Assembly (NCBI GenBank): GCA_051294905.1
Contig: CM119372.1
Span: 930,001-994,000, forward strand
Reading direction: 5' to 3'
Source: Botryllus schlosseri
Lineage: Eukaryota
DNA: 64,000 nucleotides
Part shown: one piece after another, positions 26,701 to 39,032 of the stretch
How the letters are laid out: each line of letters starts with the position of its first letter
Position numbering within the stretch: the stretch's first letter is position 1
Translations under genes and position numbers: made by a program
The notes under the pieces: generated by a model
What the model was told of the DNA's origin: nothing
The model's input: the letters and a program-made list of their open reading frames with translations, nothing else
The model's database searches: none

Positions 26701-28688
26701 TGCATTGCGCAGAGGTGGTCAAAGTCGTCATCGTTGGTACTCAAGTAGAAGTAGAAGTAAAGTCGTACATTTCTACTCGAGTACATGTAGAAGTAGTGAT
26801 TTGAAAGAAAGTAAAAAAAGTATATTCTATAGGACTAGTTTTGCCAAGGAAACTGAAAATTGTTCAAGTAGAAATAGAAGCGCAGAAGAAACATAAACAG
26901 GTGAGGAAATAGTGTACTTCGGCAAAATCTACTTGAAGTAGAAGCTGAAGTAATTCGTTACCGACCACCTCTCAAAACATGCCCATGTTCAACAATAACA
27001 GCAATTTTGAAGTAGTAGCAGTGCCCTGAGTAGATTATAATACATATTTTCCGAATCGATGCGACAGTAACTTTCATTCAAGATCAATTTTCATAAATTT
27101 ACTGTAAAATTACCGTGTTTATTTATGAATAGGGCTGGGCACAATCATTCGAGTACTCGAATCTGAATCCTAATTGTAATGGTTCGAATTGATTAGTGAG
27201 AGACGATTTTATTTTTCGAATACTGAAAATATACGGTCCTTGCCACTAACAGATGGTTTAACAACGAGATTTGTAGTTTAGATACTATTTCCCACTACGG
27301 TAGCCTTGAAACCTGAATTGTTCGTATCACAGAATACCAAACGTTAGTATGCCCGCCAACAGGATTTTCCCTCCTTTTTTAGGAAATCTAGAATGTCATC
27401 CGAGGACGTCTAAATGTCCTCCTTTTTGGAAATCCGTCCTAGTTTATAACTTGGACAGTGGGCAGCCAGGGTAATGGAAAAAAAATGAAGCGAAATCTGC
27501 AATGCGGACGTTCGAGCGGGTCATTGGGGAGTAGCATTGGAAAATGATCTCTTATGTAGTTATGACCACAGCAGTGGGCCTATAGATAAAAAAGTGGGTA
27601 CATTTGGAGTGTAGTCGGAATGATGCCATTTTTAGTCAATACAACAAGAATTAAAGAGCAAATTTTCTAATCAGTAATATTCTAGTACGCTAATCCGACC
27701 TTTATGATTTGTAAGAAGTGTCCTCCTATCCGGATTCCAAAATATGGTAACGCTACGAAACATATTTAATGAAAGTTACTGTATATGTACGTTAGTGGAT
27801 ACGACGTATGTATCAAGTCGTGATCAACCCATGCACACTTGCACAGTTGCACACTTGCACAGTATTGTCACAAGCTGCAATTAAATAGGTATATTTGGAA
27901 ATTACCAAATTGTCTTTACTGCCGTGTAGAATTGGCATTTCATTGTCCGTGATCGCATAAAATGTGCATGTTTGAAATTCCCACGTCATTCTGACATCAG
28001 ATTGCGCGACACTCGAATACTTGACTCTACTCGAAGCCTATTGCCTAATACACGATTCAGAATCGAATCATATAGGTACTTGGTTTTGCACAGCCCTGGA
28101 AGCTATGAGGAATTGCTAGCTGCGTCTGATTGCCCAACCGTTACTTAATCAATAGACCAAGTCTCCCCGTACGCCTAAGCCTACGTCTACCCCGCTAGAT
28201 AGCGCTTTCTCTTTGTTTGTGTTTGTTTTGTGGTATTCATGGTGTTAGTCGACTACTATGGTCATTTACACCAGGCCGATATTCTTCTTATTTTCCGTAA
28301 CTGCCGACTTATGGCACGGCCCACCTCTAGGCTTTTTGTAAGACACCGCGGATGAGGTGGCGAGGTGGAGCCTAGGTAAACCTCCAACACTTAGGTATCG
28401 GAATTCGGAAGTCGACCCGCACCCATTGGTGTTTTGCAGCCGCGGATTATACTACTGCGCTATCTCGCCACCCAGCGCCTTCTCTTCACGTACCTGAAAT
28501 ATGAGCAGAGTGAAACTGGTCAAAAAGGCCATTGCCCACGCGAATCTTCTCAGCGACGAGTGATGTCTCGCGAAAACGTGACTAAATCCGTGTAGAGTCG
28601 AGCTTGCTGCAAAGACGTGAATATTCGCCGGACGGTTGTCGTAACTACTGCCACGCGACTCTTCGTCGTCCATTAGCGACTCTCCCAT
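23634..28688 (-). CDS. ASIC: ASIC N-terminal cassette A (ASIC1a/2a-like, 209 aa), ending in an open phase-0 donor
   Basis: Exons 28688-28494, 25710-25557, 25160-25001 and 23751-23634, phases 0,1,2,0. MGESLM...[14 protein letters not shown]...[45 protein letters not shown]...[15 protein letters not shown]...|[35 protein letters not shown] aligns by eye with the first ~185 residues of vertebrate ASIC1a. Confidence 0.93.
25001..25160 (-). CDS. ASIC: ASIC cassette A exon 3 (finger domain)
   Basis: tttttcAG acceptor, AC|GTAGGA donor; [53 protein letters not shown]; phase matches both neighbours. Confidence 0.88.
25557..25710 (-). CDS. ASIC: ASIC cassette A exon 2
   Basis: cattcAG acceptor, G|GTGAGA donor; PHVTRLDEV and [13 protein letters not shown] motifs. 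Confidence 0.93.
28213..28473 (-). mobile_element. tRNA-derived SINE family 1
   Basis: tRNA-like head GGCGAGATAGCGCAG, (AAAC)-like tail, 12-bp TSD AGCGC(T/C)TTCTCT; homologous to 52118-52377. Confidence 0.78.
28494..28688 (-). CDS. ASIC: ASIC cassette A exon 1 (ATG, HG motif, TM1)
   Basis: 65 codons ending [23 protein letters not shown] matches ASIC1a FASSSTLHGLAHIF. Confidence 0.93.
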
Positions 28689-31600
28689 TGCGTGAAAATT
28701 GTATTACCAACGCTGTGTTCGAACAAGGGTTTTTATTCGCTTTATAAGGATCTGAAGAGCCTCTTTGAGGTAAAAAAAACTTAAATACACGATTGAATAT
28801 TATATTCACTTTTAAATAAACCCGAATAGTTAGCCTTGGCGAGCATTAACCGATAGTATTCGACTTTATTTCAATATGAGTATATGATTTACCTTAATAA
28901 CTACAGAAATGAATTGAAGTAAAAAATATACGTTTACTTTGATGTTCTAATAAAAATAAGTGGGATAAACTGGACAGTGACACCTTGCTGTTACCCGCTG
29001 ATTTCCTGAGCGACCAGAGCAAGCTGTCTAATTAGCCATAAATGCCGGCAATCTAATTCTAATCTAATTTGTGAAATGTTTCTATGCTCTCAATTTATTT
29101 CTAATCCAATGCCTGGTGTTCCTGAAAATGCTGCAAGAGGACTGTGTCATGCGAAAAGATCCAGGCTCGGTGTACAGAGAATTGCCATTATCGTGTTTAT
29201 GAGAATGAACTCTGATATGATATGAACTAAACTTCATTTTTATTGTATTTCTTTCTAATCCGGAATTGATTCCAATTCCAATGTTTTCACGAATTTAGAA
29301 ATTATAGTTCTAATATAATTTGACACAGGTGAACATTTTCTAGTAGGCTAGTACAAATCTATTTAACTGGAAACAACGCGCTAAGACATATTAACATACC
29401 AAACTAAAGTCATTCTCGACCGAAATAGGCCTACTTCTAACAAGCTCCTGAATACGCGAATAATGTATCCAAATATTCAAATATTTGGTGCTTCAGCTGT
29501 AGCATGGGTCTATCGTGCGTCTGTATCCTCATCCACTGATTCGCACAATACTGTAAATCCAAATGTTTGAGTAAATGTAGACTCGTGACACTTCCCAGTG
29601 ATGTTTTTTCCGCACGTGTCTTCGAGTTTTCTGAAACTGGACGTGAGCGGAGTTCGACATTGAAATCATATTCGAGCTATCGACACCAGACCGCATGTTG
29701 CTGTGACTATGTATACTACAGTACCGAGAAACCAACTATATGCAGTCCACACTATATCTAAGTCAATAAATTCTGCTACAGAAAACAGAAGATTTCGAAA
29801 TTGAAAGCATTTTAAGTATACCCCTTCGCAAAGCACTTGAATGATGGGTGGATTGTATATACATCAGGGTTGTTCAAAATTTTTTTTTAAGGATCCCAGG
29901 GATTTACTGATTAAATTGTTAGGTTACCTAAAATACGCTGCACACCAAATTTGGCTCAATTCCGATTAGTAAAAGCCGACGCAGAGCCAATTGAAGATTT
30001 TAAATTTATTGTAAAAATTGGAGAAAATTTTGAAATTTTACTATCAACGCGATGTTTAGCTTTCTACAAAATCGATGTATAACAAATTTGGCGCGAGTCT
30101 GGCCAGTAGAAGAGAAGTTATTTGAGTTTATTATTATTAATTCTGTGTTTACCCAACCGTCAATGCTAATTTTGCAAATCCAAAACGATCAACTGCAATT
30201 ACGTCACTTCTAACGAATAAATGTGATCAAAAATTGTTATGCATTGTTAATTTAGGCAAAGTAACAATTTCATGGGGTTGACAATTAAATCTGAATTTTT
30301 TACATATTTTTAAATAAATTCAGAAACTGCAATTGCCTTCTACTGATTGTAATCGAGCCTAATTTGGTGTGCAGCGATATTTTAAGCAACCTACCAATTC
30401 AATCAGTGAATCTCCGTAATCCGGTTAAAAAGTTGACACTAAGTTTAATGCATACACAAGTATATATTTATATCACTCATATATACTTTCCTGCTTTCGG
30501 CTTTAGTAACCTATATACTTCAAAATATCAAGTATCAAGATCATATGTGAATATGCAACAGGAAAGGGTCTCAAGACCGCCTTAATACGCACTGGAATTG
30601 GAATCTCGTTCAACTCTATCCTTGAACACCACTACCTCGAAGAATACACAATTGCTCCAAAATCGCATGGCAATGAAAGCAAAAAAGGTTTGCTGTTATC
30701 AACTAAAAACTGGCTGTGATACTTGGCTAAGTTCTCAAAGTTTGCGAGGTGACCAACACTGCACTGCCACCATTATCTGATGACGATATATATCACAAGG
30801 ATACTCGACTATTTTTGGCAAAGGTCCAGTTATAACTTTCATGAAATAATTTACAGTCGTACAAACGTAATACAGTAGGCTATAACTATAGAAAAAATCT
30901 GATAAAGCGGTATTAGCAGATCAATATCAGCTAATGTATCTATTGTTATGTTAGTCGCAGCTATAGAAGGAGAATTATTTTTATGTATTCCTTCGTTCTA
31001 AATTGGCGAGAGGGAGTCGAAGGCAGTGGTGGTGAAGGTTTTCACTTTTGTTATACACGTGCGAAATCTATTCTTTATTAAGTTCAATTTGAAAACGCTG
31101 ATTGCAGCTGCGAATCAACGATATCAGATTTGGTTTTGTTAAAACACCAACTCAATACGGAGACAAATAAGGCCCGGATTCGCCACTGAAAACCTCCGCT
31201 CACCAGTTTAGTAGTCCTGCGACCTACCATCTCAGAAAACACAGAAATCACGGTGGCATGGGGCTTATCACAATGCCTGCATGTCATTGCTACACTACTA
31301 CATTATTCCTCGCTGTTCTATTCGATAAGGCTCCACACGCCGACATCTTTGCTCGGCTGCGAGCAGCTTACCAAAACTTTCGGTGCGTTTAGGCCCCGGC
31401 GAAGTTAATCAAAGAATTAAAGACGCCCATGAGCGAATGAAGTGTCTGTTGGCGTAAGTTGGATTTTCTTCTTTACTTTTCGCGTCCCGGGAGAATTAAA
31501 TGAGTGTGTTAGATAGAATCAGATATCGATTTCCGCCTCAATTTTGCAGATACATCTTGGCCGTTATTTATTTCATTGCCTATAGCCTGTCTCTGTTTAC

Positions 31601-33289
31601 CGAGCCGCATACGTAGGCCTGCGTCATTTTAAGCCTGGCCGTATAGGCTACAACTGAGATCAATAGCTTTCCCCTGAGCTCCTCTATCAAGATATGAAAC
31701 AATATATCATGTCTACTCAACTACTTCTAGCAGAAGGTCCATTGTAACTCTCATTGAATAATTTACATTCATCCAGATGTAATAGGCTATACGCATACAA
31801 AATCCGTCGCAGCAGTATTAGCAAAAGCAATGAGCGAAATATATTTATTGTTCAGTCTCAATCATATCTAGTAGAAAACTTATTTTTTATATCTAGCTAG
31901 TTCTTTAAATCTAGGCTCTATAGCCTACTGGCGAGAACCTGAGAGCGGGTCCAAGTCGGAAAAGTTTCCGCTGTTCATAAATACGAAATATATATGTTTT
32001 ATAAAGTTCACGTTTGAACACGCTGACTGCCTCCCCTAAACAATGGTTGGTTTAAAAAAAAAAGAGACAGATAACGTCCAGATTCAACACAACGAGACTT
32101 CGCTTCTTCACGTTTTGCGCAACTAACGCCTACCAACCCTAACGGAAACTCTGTGGTTCGTAATAAGACACATCCTTCATAATGTTGACAAACAACTCTT
32201 AAAAATTCCTTGCAACACAGTGAAAATGCGTACCAGAAATTTTGAAAATCGTTATTAAGCGATGACGCATGACCTCGATAGCACAGAGGTAAGCTATGGC
32301 GGAAAGTAACACTCTCGAAGGTATATTAATCATCATCATTGCATCTTGAATACGGTGTGTTTACGAGGAAAACAGCAGCTGGTAAATATTTTTCCCGCTT
32401 ATATTTTTAATTTGACTTCACGTCCTATTTAGAGTGCAGTACCCCTATGATATGAGGATTCTTACCTTCGTAATACCCAACAATACTGACTATTAGGGTT
32501 CGAGTCTAGTCGAGAATTAAGTATCACTCAATATGACGTCGCCAGTATGAACGACATGGAAAGTTCAAGTATGTGCCTTTTATACGACTATAGTAAAATG
32601 CCATATACAATACAATGTAAGTTCTACATTACGTTAAAGATAAAATTGTATGTCTTCGACCATACCTATTTCACTGCACTTTGTGGTAATGTATAGTGGC
32701 CTTAAAAAGAATTCAAAGATATGTAATTTAGCTTTCAATACAATATCCATGGTAAAATAATATTTATTGAACTCGAAGACTTTTCGGGTGCCTCTTTTCA
32801 ACAGTTAGCGGCAATGGATATTGTATTGAAAGCTATATTCAAGTTCTGTACCACGAACCAGCTATTTAAGATTTGTAATTTATATCAACGTGCGTAGCGC
32901 TATACGACATGTTTCGTATGCTGCGATACCACCAATCGAGGTTTCAAGTCTCCCACTGTCTAAACCAGTGATTCCCAACCTTTTTGGATGTCGGAACAAC
33001 ATTGCAAACTTCAGAGTACGTATGGAGCCGCATCAAAACACTCGAGTAGGCTACTACGAAAATTTAAAGGTAGTTAGCCTACCTCTGTATGTCATCATCC
33101 AGCTAATTCTAAAGCATACACAATTACACATAGTCTAAGACTTCTATAGATTCTATGTCAGTTATTTAAGCATCGATAGACGCAGATGGGCGAGTGCTAT
33201 ACATTGAAATGCACTGAAGATGCACATCATTACTGCAACATATTATGATGTCGTAACGTGATGCTCCTCATACATTTCAGCACCTAAAT

Positions 33290-34156
33290 ACTCAAGTCTG
33301 GCGGGGAAACATACAATCACTCAAACCACAACTATCGAATGTATGTGGTCTGTTTCGCCGCCTTAGCTACAATCTGCCAGTTAGGGTTCTGTTGATACTC
33401 TTCAACACTCTATTCCTATCAAAGTTACAATATGGAATTCTTTATTGGGATGCTGCCTGCAAGAATACGATTGGCCCACTACAAAAACTTGGACCATCCG
33501 TGTCATTGCCAAAGCTCCACGGCGGCCTGAATGTGCAACTGTTATGTCGCTACTCAAAAGATTTGGTGTTCTAAACATCGAAGATATGAGGAAGCTAGAA
33601 ATTGCCAAGTTTATGTATCAGTTCCATTGCGGTCAATGTCCCTCAAATTTCAACGACTACTTCACTTCGGAGTCGAAAACGCACAAGTGCAGCGCACGCG
33701 CGTCAGCGAAAAACAACTACCATATGATCAGGACGGAATACAAGAAAACGCATTGCTCTATCAAGTATGCCGGACTCCAATTGTGGAACAGCATCTCGCC
33801 GGCTATCCGGCAGTCGTCGAGCATGTCCGCATTCAAGTCGAAATACAAGCAATTTCTTCTAAATGAATTGGCCTATTAGTCAGCCGTCAGGACAACCGGA
33901 CTACGACCTAACATCGACCTCGCCTTCCGCCACATGCCACCTCATTTTGTCGCTTGCGTCTTATATTCTCTGCATTACTTTTCATTCAGTGTTCAGTGTT
34001 CAGTGCATGCCTCTTCTTTACTTCGCCTATAGGCCAAGGTGGGTGTCTGATCTTAAAGACTACTCCAAGTTGTTTCGACACCTTCCTATCTTTTCAATGT
34101 ATCGCAGATTTTTGGTGTTTTGAAACGATGAAAATATTAATAAAACTGATTGATTG
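33290..34156 (+). mobile_element. 5'-truncated, frameshifted non-LTR retrotransposon (CR1/L2-group-like ORF2 C-terminus plus 3'UTR)
   Basis: LILFNTLFLSKLQYGILYW...KFMYQFH...SIKYAGLQLWNSI...FKSKYKQFLL is a typical post-RT region; it ends AATAAAA followed by (TTGA)n. Confidence 0.8.
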
Positions 34157-34574
34157 AGTAATATTGGACTTGTTGCAATTTATACTTGACTATGATGTTA
34201 ATAAAATTGTGTCGACATTTACTCTTCACAAAGACGATCTATAAAGGTATATGACTAGCAGAACTTAAGATATATCTTTGTCTGTCGCGTAGTGATCTAT
34301 GCGTTTGATGCTAGTCTGCTAGAATTATTTTTCGCTGCTTTCAGAAGCTGCCTTGGACGGCTTTAGACATAGCTAATGTCCCTCATTTTAGCATTCATAT
34401 AGAATAACCGACAATATATTCATAGAAACAGAGAACCACTGTGATCTATTGCCTTTGTGTGGCATATTTAGAGGTCGATCAGAGCCATAAGAAGGCTACC
34501 TTGGAGCCGCATGCAACTCTGAGAGCGGCGGTTGGGAATCACTGGTGTAAACTATAATTCTAGTTGATACGAAA

Positions 34575-34873
34575 GGACGTAGTTTATTTGTGTCCTTGAT
34601 GTTTGTTGCGGTATATACACCGACTCGTGATATACATACACACGATCCGTGCATATGCATACCATGAGTGTATGATGTGCATATGCTACTGGACAAGGAA
34701 GGTACGGATACAGCCTTGTAATGCACGAGCCCTATAATGCATGAGCGCCAAGCGAGAAAGTCGTGGATACTAGCGTTAGTAATCAGGCCTCTGGTCTGAC
34801 CCTGCCGGGGATCGAACTCACGACCTACCGATCAACAAGCCGGACGCTTCGGACGCTACACCATTATGCTATC
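34575..34873 (-). mobile_element. Probable tRNA-derived SINE family 2
   Basis: A-box-like TAGCATAATGG and B-box-like GAGTTCGATCC on the minus strand; the 3' end is uncertain and no TSD was found. Confidence 0.5.
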
Positions 34874-37059
34874 TTTGCGGTGATAAATGAAATCTTTTAC
34901 TGTCTTACTGTCAAGAAGCGTATACCGTTAGTACTCCAAAAAAAACATCTTTCACTGCTCGACTTGGACCATTAGAATGAATTCTCAGATTCGAGTACTC
35001 GAATAATTGTGTCCAACCCTGGCACGAAACAAAACTTCCAAAAATGCGTAAAGATCGATAAACGCAGTCGACACGTTTTTGATGCAAGTCGGCCTCTGTC
35101 GAATCAATAACGTGTCTTTTAAAATTAATTATCAGGAATACAAGCGGGTTCTCTGCTCCTCTGGGAGCTCGATTGCTCGGAAGCGAGATTGGATCGACCG
35201 AGACACATAGCTCTTTCAGGTTTACCGGCAAAATTTGGAGTTTGACGAGCGACTTAAAGATACTCTTGGAGGTATGCAGAAGTTCAATACACAAACCCGA
35301 ATATTTTCGGCTTGCACTCGTCGAGGTAATCATCAGTAAGTATCGGTAATATAGAAGCGGAAATCTGAACATTGTATATCGACAATCCAGCGAAATCTGA
35401 CCGCCCTTGGATAATCAATCACATCCATCGCGTATTAGAATTTTGTAGTGTGCTGCGAGCTGAAAAAGTTTGGGAACCACTGGTTAACACTATTGCGTTA
35501 ATCAAGCCTACAAAATACAGTCACGTCTATAAGGGCGACGAGTATTTCACGAATATCTGTGATCCGGACTATCTCATTACGTAGCATACCCCCTACAGAT
35601 ATCATCATCCGTATCAGAACACCATTACAGTTTATTGTTAATGGTTTTATCATATCAAAACACACCACACACCATGAGACTGCGATACAATCAGTCTTTG
35701 AAATCAGACATCCACCAGAGCCCAGGAAAAGTGAAGAAGAGGCATGTAGCCTACACTGAATTAAAAGTATAAGAAGACAACATAAAAGGACAAGCAACAA
35801 AATGAGGTGGCATGTGACGGAAGACGACGTCGATATGTGGGGTCCGGACATCTTGGGGGCTGAATAGTATTCATTCATTGGTTCTGTTCCAGTGATTATA
35901 TAATCTGAGTGTAATAAACTGATGAACCAACAACTTTGTCGAGTATTATACGCCGAGTATTTCCAGTCCAAGTCGTCTAAGCTACGTGTTTTTTCGAAAA
36001 TATCATACAATTATGATATAATTATGCAACTTTTGAAAATATATTGTATTTTTAAAAGGCATTTGTTTGAATCAATTTAGAATATGTGGAACAGAGCATC
36101 TAAAAATACACTTTCCGTTTTCAATACAAAACAAAACCTACGGATTTTAATGAATTTCAATATAATAGAAAGTCATGAAGGAAGTAGGTTTTCTCACTCT
36201 TAACATGTTTAAGTTTATTCAAGCTGATAAAAGACAGTTTCTAGGTCTATACTCGAAGTTTCGGCCCTGATACACGAGACTTGAATTAAGTAGTATGAGA
36301 TTTTTGCGTAGTATAGGTAACCAAAGTCTCCTGGTTTTGTAGTTCAAACGTACAACGATTTCTAACGAGCTACGTGAGGCACTCATGCTCGCTCAGAATC
36401 AATTGATTTGCAATGCAGTCGTTACTTCTCCGAACCGATTGCGGTTGCAGTTTGTACCCTTGGGCGGTTTTCTCATATAACTCTATTATATTAACCCGCA
36501 GATGTATGAATTGAATCTTTAGCTGCTGGAAAAACGTCGTCAGCAAGTGAAAGGTTAATATATATAATAATGGTCCGGTTCAGTTGGTATTAGCTCACAA
36601 TGTTGCGTTACATCGACGACGCTTTCGATCGAATTTGATCAAATGCTTGAGATCGTGACGGACGTAGCCAGGACACTGGAACCTAGTCAGACTTGTGCAA
36701 ACTACCAATCTATTAATTTGACGCAAACTGACTACTGCTTTTAAGAAGCTCTAGTTCTAATTCTAGTACAGGGATTTTGAAATGTTTGAGTAGCCTTAAT
36801 TTTAATTCTAGTTTTGTATTTAAAAAAATAGTTGCCAAACAACTACAAAACGATCTATATCGTTTGGCGTGAATCGTGATTCGAGAGTGCTGGTGTGTGA
36901 CGGTCGTGCTGCGATTTCTAGCTCAGAGTCATCGCTACTAATCGTAGCGTAGCCAGACGGTGGGCTTGTTCGGTCGAAATCTCTCTATTTCAAACTTTGC
37001 ACTAATGCACTCATCTGATTTCGATTAAATAAAAATTGAATCTATAGTTTAGGTTCGGT

Positions 37060-37345
37060 TTATTAGCAATTTTTATCATTTCAATACACCACAAAACTGC
37101 GATACGATGAAAAGATAGGAAGGTGTCGAAACGACTTGGAGTAGTCTTTGAAATCAGACGCCCACCCGGGCCTAGGAGATCCAAGGAGAAGGCAAGCCTA
37201 CGGAATGAAAAATAAAAGAAGATCATATAAAAAGCAAGCTACAAAATGAGGTGGCATGTCACGGAAGGCGATATCAATAGGTCAGGTCGTGGTCCGGTAA
37301 TCTGGAGGGCGAATTTAGTAGATATTGCTTGCATTTCGACTTGAA
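37060..37345 (-). mobile_element. Truncated copy of the LINE 3' end
   Basis: Reverse-complement match to ~33825-34145; other copies near 1790-1940(-), 3420-3650(+), 9545-9750(+), 11090-11235(+), 13930-14060(-), 35670-35860(-) and 59530-59600(+). Confidence 0.75.
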
Positions 37346-38537
37346 TATGGATGGCCAGCGATTTTATAGTTGTGTTTTGAATAGTTAGTTGCGTATTTTA
37401 TGACATAGTTGTGGATTTTGAAAGGTGAGTAGGCTAGTTTTAGTTCTAATTGCGAGTTTTAAAATTGTTTACTTCGATTTCTAGTTCTAGAATTTGAAAA
37501 AGAAAGTAGAGTTGTCGTTGAAAATCAATTAGCTAGTACAATTATGGGTATAGCGCAGGGGAGGCTACCCCGTGGCCCGCGACGTAATTCTCGAAAATAG
37601 TTATAATATCCCAAAAATAACTTATCAATGTAATTTATTGTGAACTTGCAAGGCCAACCAAAATTTAATTAGCATGACCGCGAACTTTGGGATGTTGATG
37701 AATAAAATATTAGTTCACACGCATTGGTGCAGCCAGGGGCTAGTCACATTTTTCGTAGATCTTTGTATATGACCATGAAGTAGAATATTCGTGGCAGGTT
37801 TTATGACTTGACATTTTTCTTAGCACTTCGCGTGATTTATTGTCACTTGATTCTTTGCTTTTAGTAAAAATTAAACATATGCCCAATTTGCAGAATGGAG
37901 TCTAACTATATTAGCACCACAATTATCAGTGAACGTGTTGCCAAACATGCGAATTCGCGTGTGTACTCGCGGAAAGATAGTCGGCGAAGAAACATTTGCA
38001 CAAAATGATAGACACATGCTTGCCGAAATCTTCAATATTTAAATGTCCAAGCGCCGAATAACCCTGTCCTTGACAAATGAACCCGGCGATGTACCATCGC
38101 GACCCACAATATATGCAAGTAACATTATTATTGACCAAATTCATTCATTAACTTTGAAAAGTTTTCGCGCTGTGCGCTGCTAGGTCGCGTTTACATGCTG
38201 CGTCTTCATGTCATAATTGTTATACATGTTGATGGTTGCTAATATTTGTCTTGTTTTCACCGTTACCTAATCCGGTTCGCTCCCAACGGAAGACTAAAAT
38301 AGGTCATCAACATCCAAGTGACCCGCGCAATGTTTCATAAATCTCACATGGCTCTTTGACCGAAAAGGTTGGCCACCCTTGGAGCACAACCCTTCAGGAA
38401 TCCATTTTGAATATGATAGAAGCTTATAAGCGACAGCATATAATAACCTTTCGTCGATTTTTCAGCGACAGCTTTTCAACAAGTTGTGACTCCGTAGCTG
38501 AAAAATGTTAGTCTGACTGTGACCGCTTTCTGAAAAA

Positions 38538-39032
38538 ATGACAGATAACGACTCGAAACAAGCGGATGGCAAAGATGGTGGCGTCACGGAAGGCCTGAAC
38601 GGCAGGACAACGTTGGGTGTGTGCGTGGCCTTGAGTCAGGCCAGCAAGTCGAGTCGATGGCCTGATTACGATTTCGGGGAGGACGATACGCCTAAAAGTC
38701 GGCAAAACGAAAAAAAACGGAAGGACAGCAAAAAGAATAGAAATAAAATTAAAATGGGTAAAAAGAAAAACAATAAAAAGAATAAAGAGACTGACGAAAC
38801 CGAAGTGGCGTCACACGAGCCGAACGGGCAAGCCCGAAGAATAAAAGACAAAAAACCTAAAACTTTCGCACTGAATTTTTACCCAGATGAAAAGGCTGTA
38901 AATAAACGGAACGAAATTAAAAAAGACCAACAAGTAATTCCTACTCAAAACGGACTCGGTTCGTGGAAGGAGCATCCGATTTACCGTTATTGTTTGAGAG
39001 CTGGAACTCTGATCGGGGGAATCGTGTTCACG
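38538..39032 (+). CDS. 4-TM gene exon 1
   Basis: Longest ORF in the window; ACG|GTCAGT phase-0 donor; tttttcAG acceptor upstream ending at 38465. Confidence 0.72.

Noticed and set aside
34911..36010. 153-aa and 170-aa minus-strand ORFs
   Set aside because: They run across MITE ends and a LINE 3'UTR copy and show no protein-family features.
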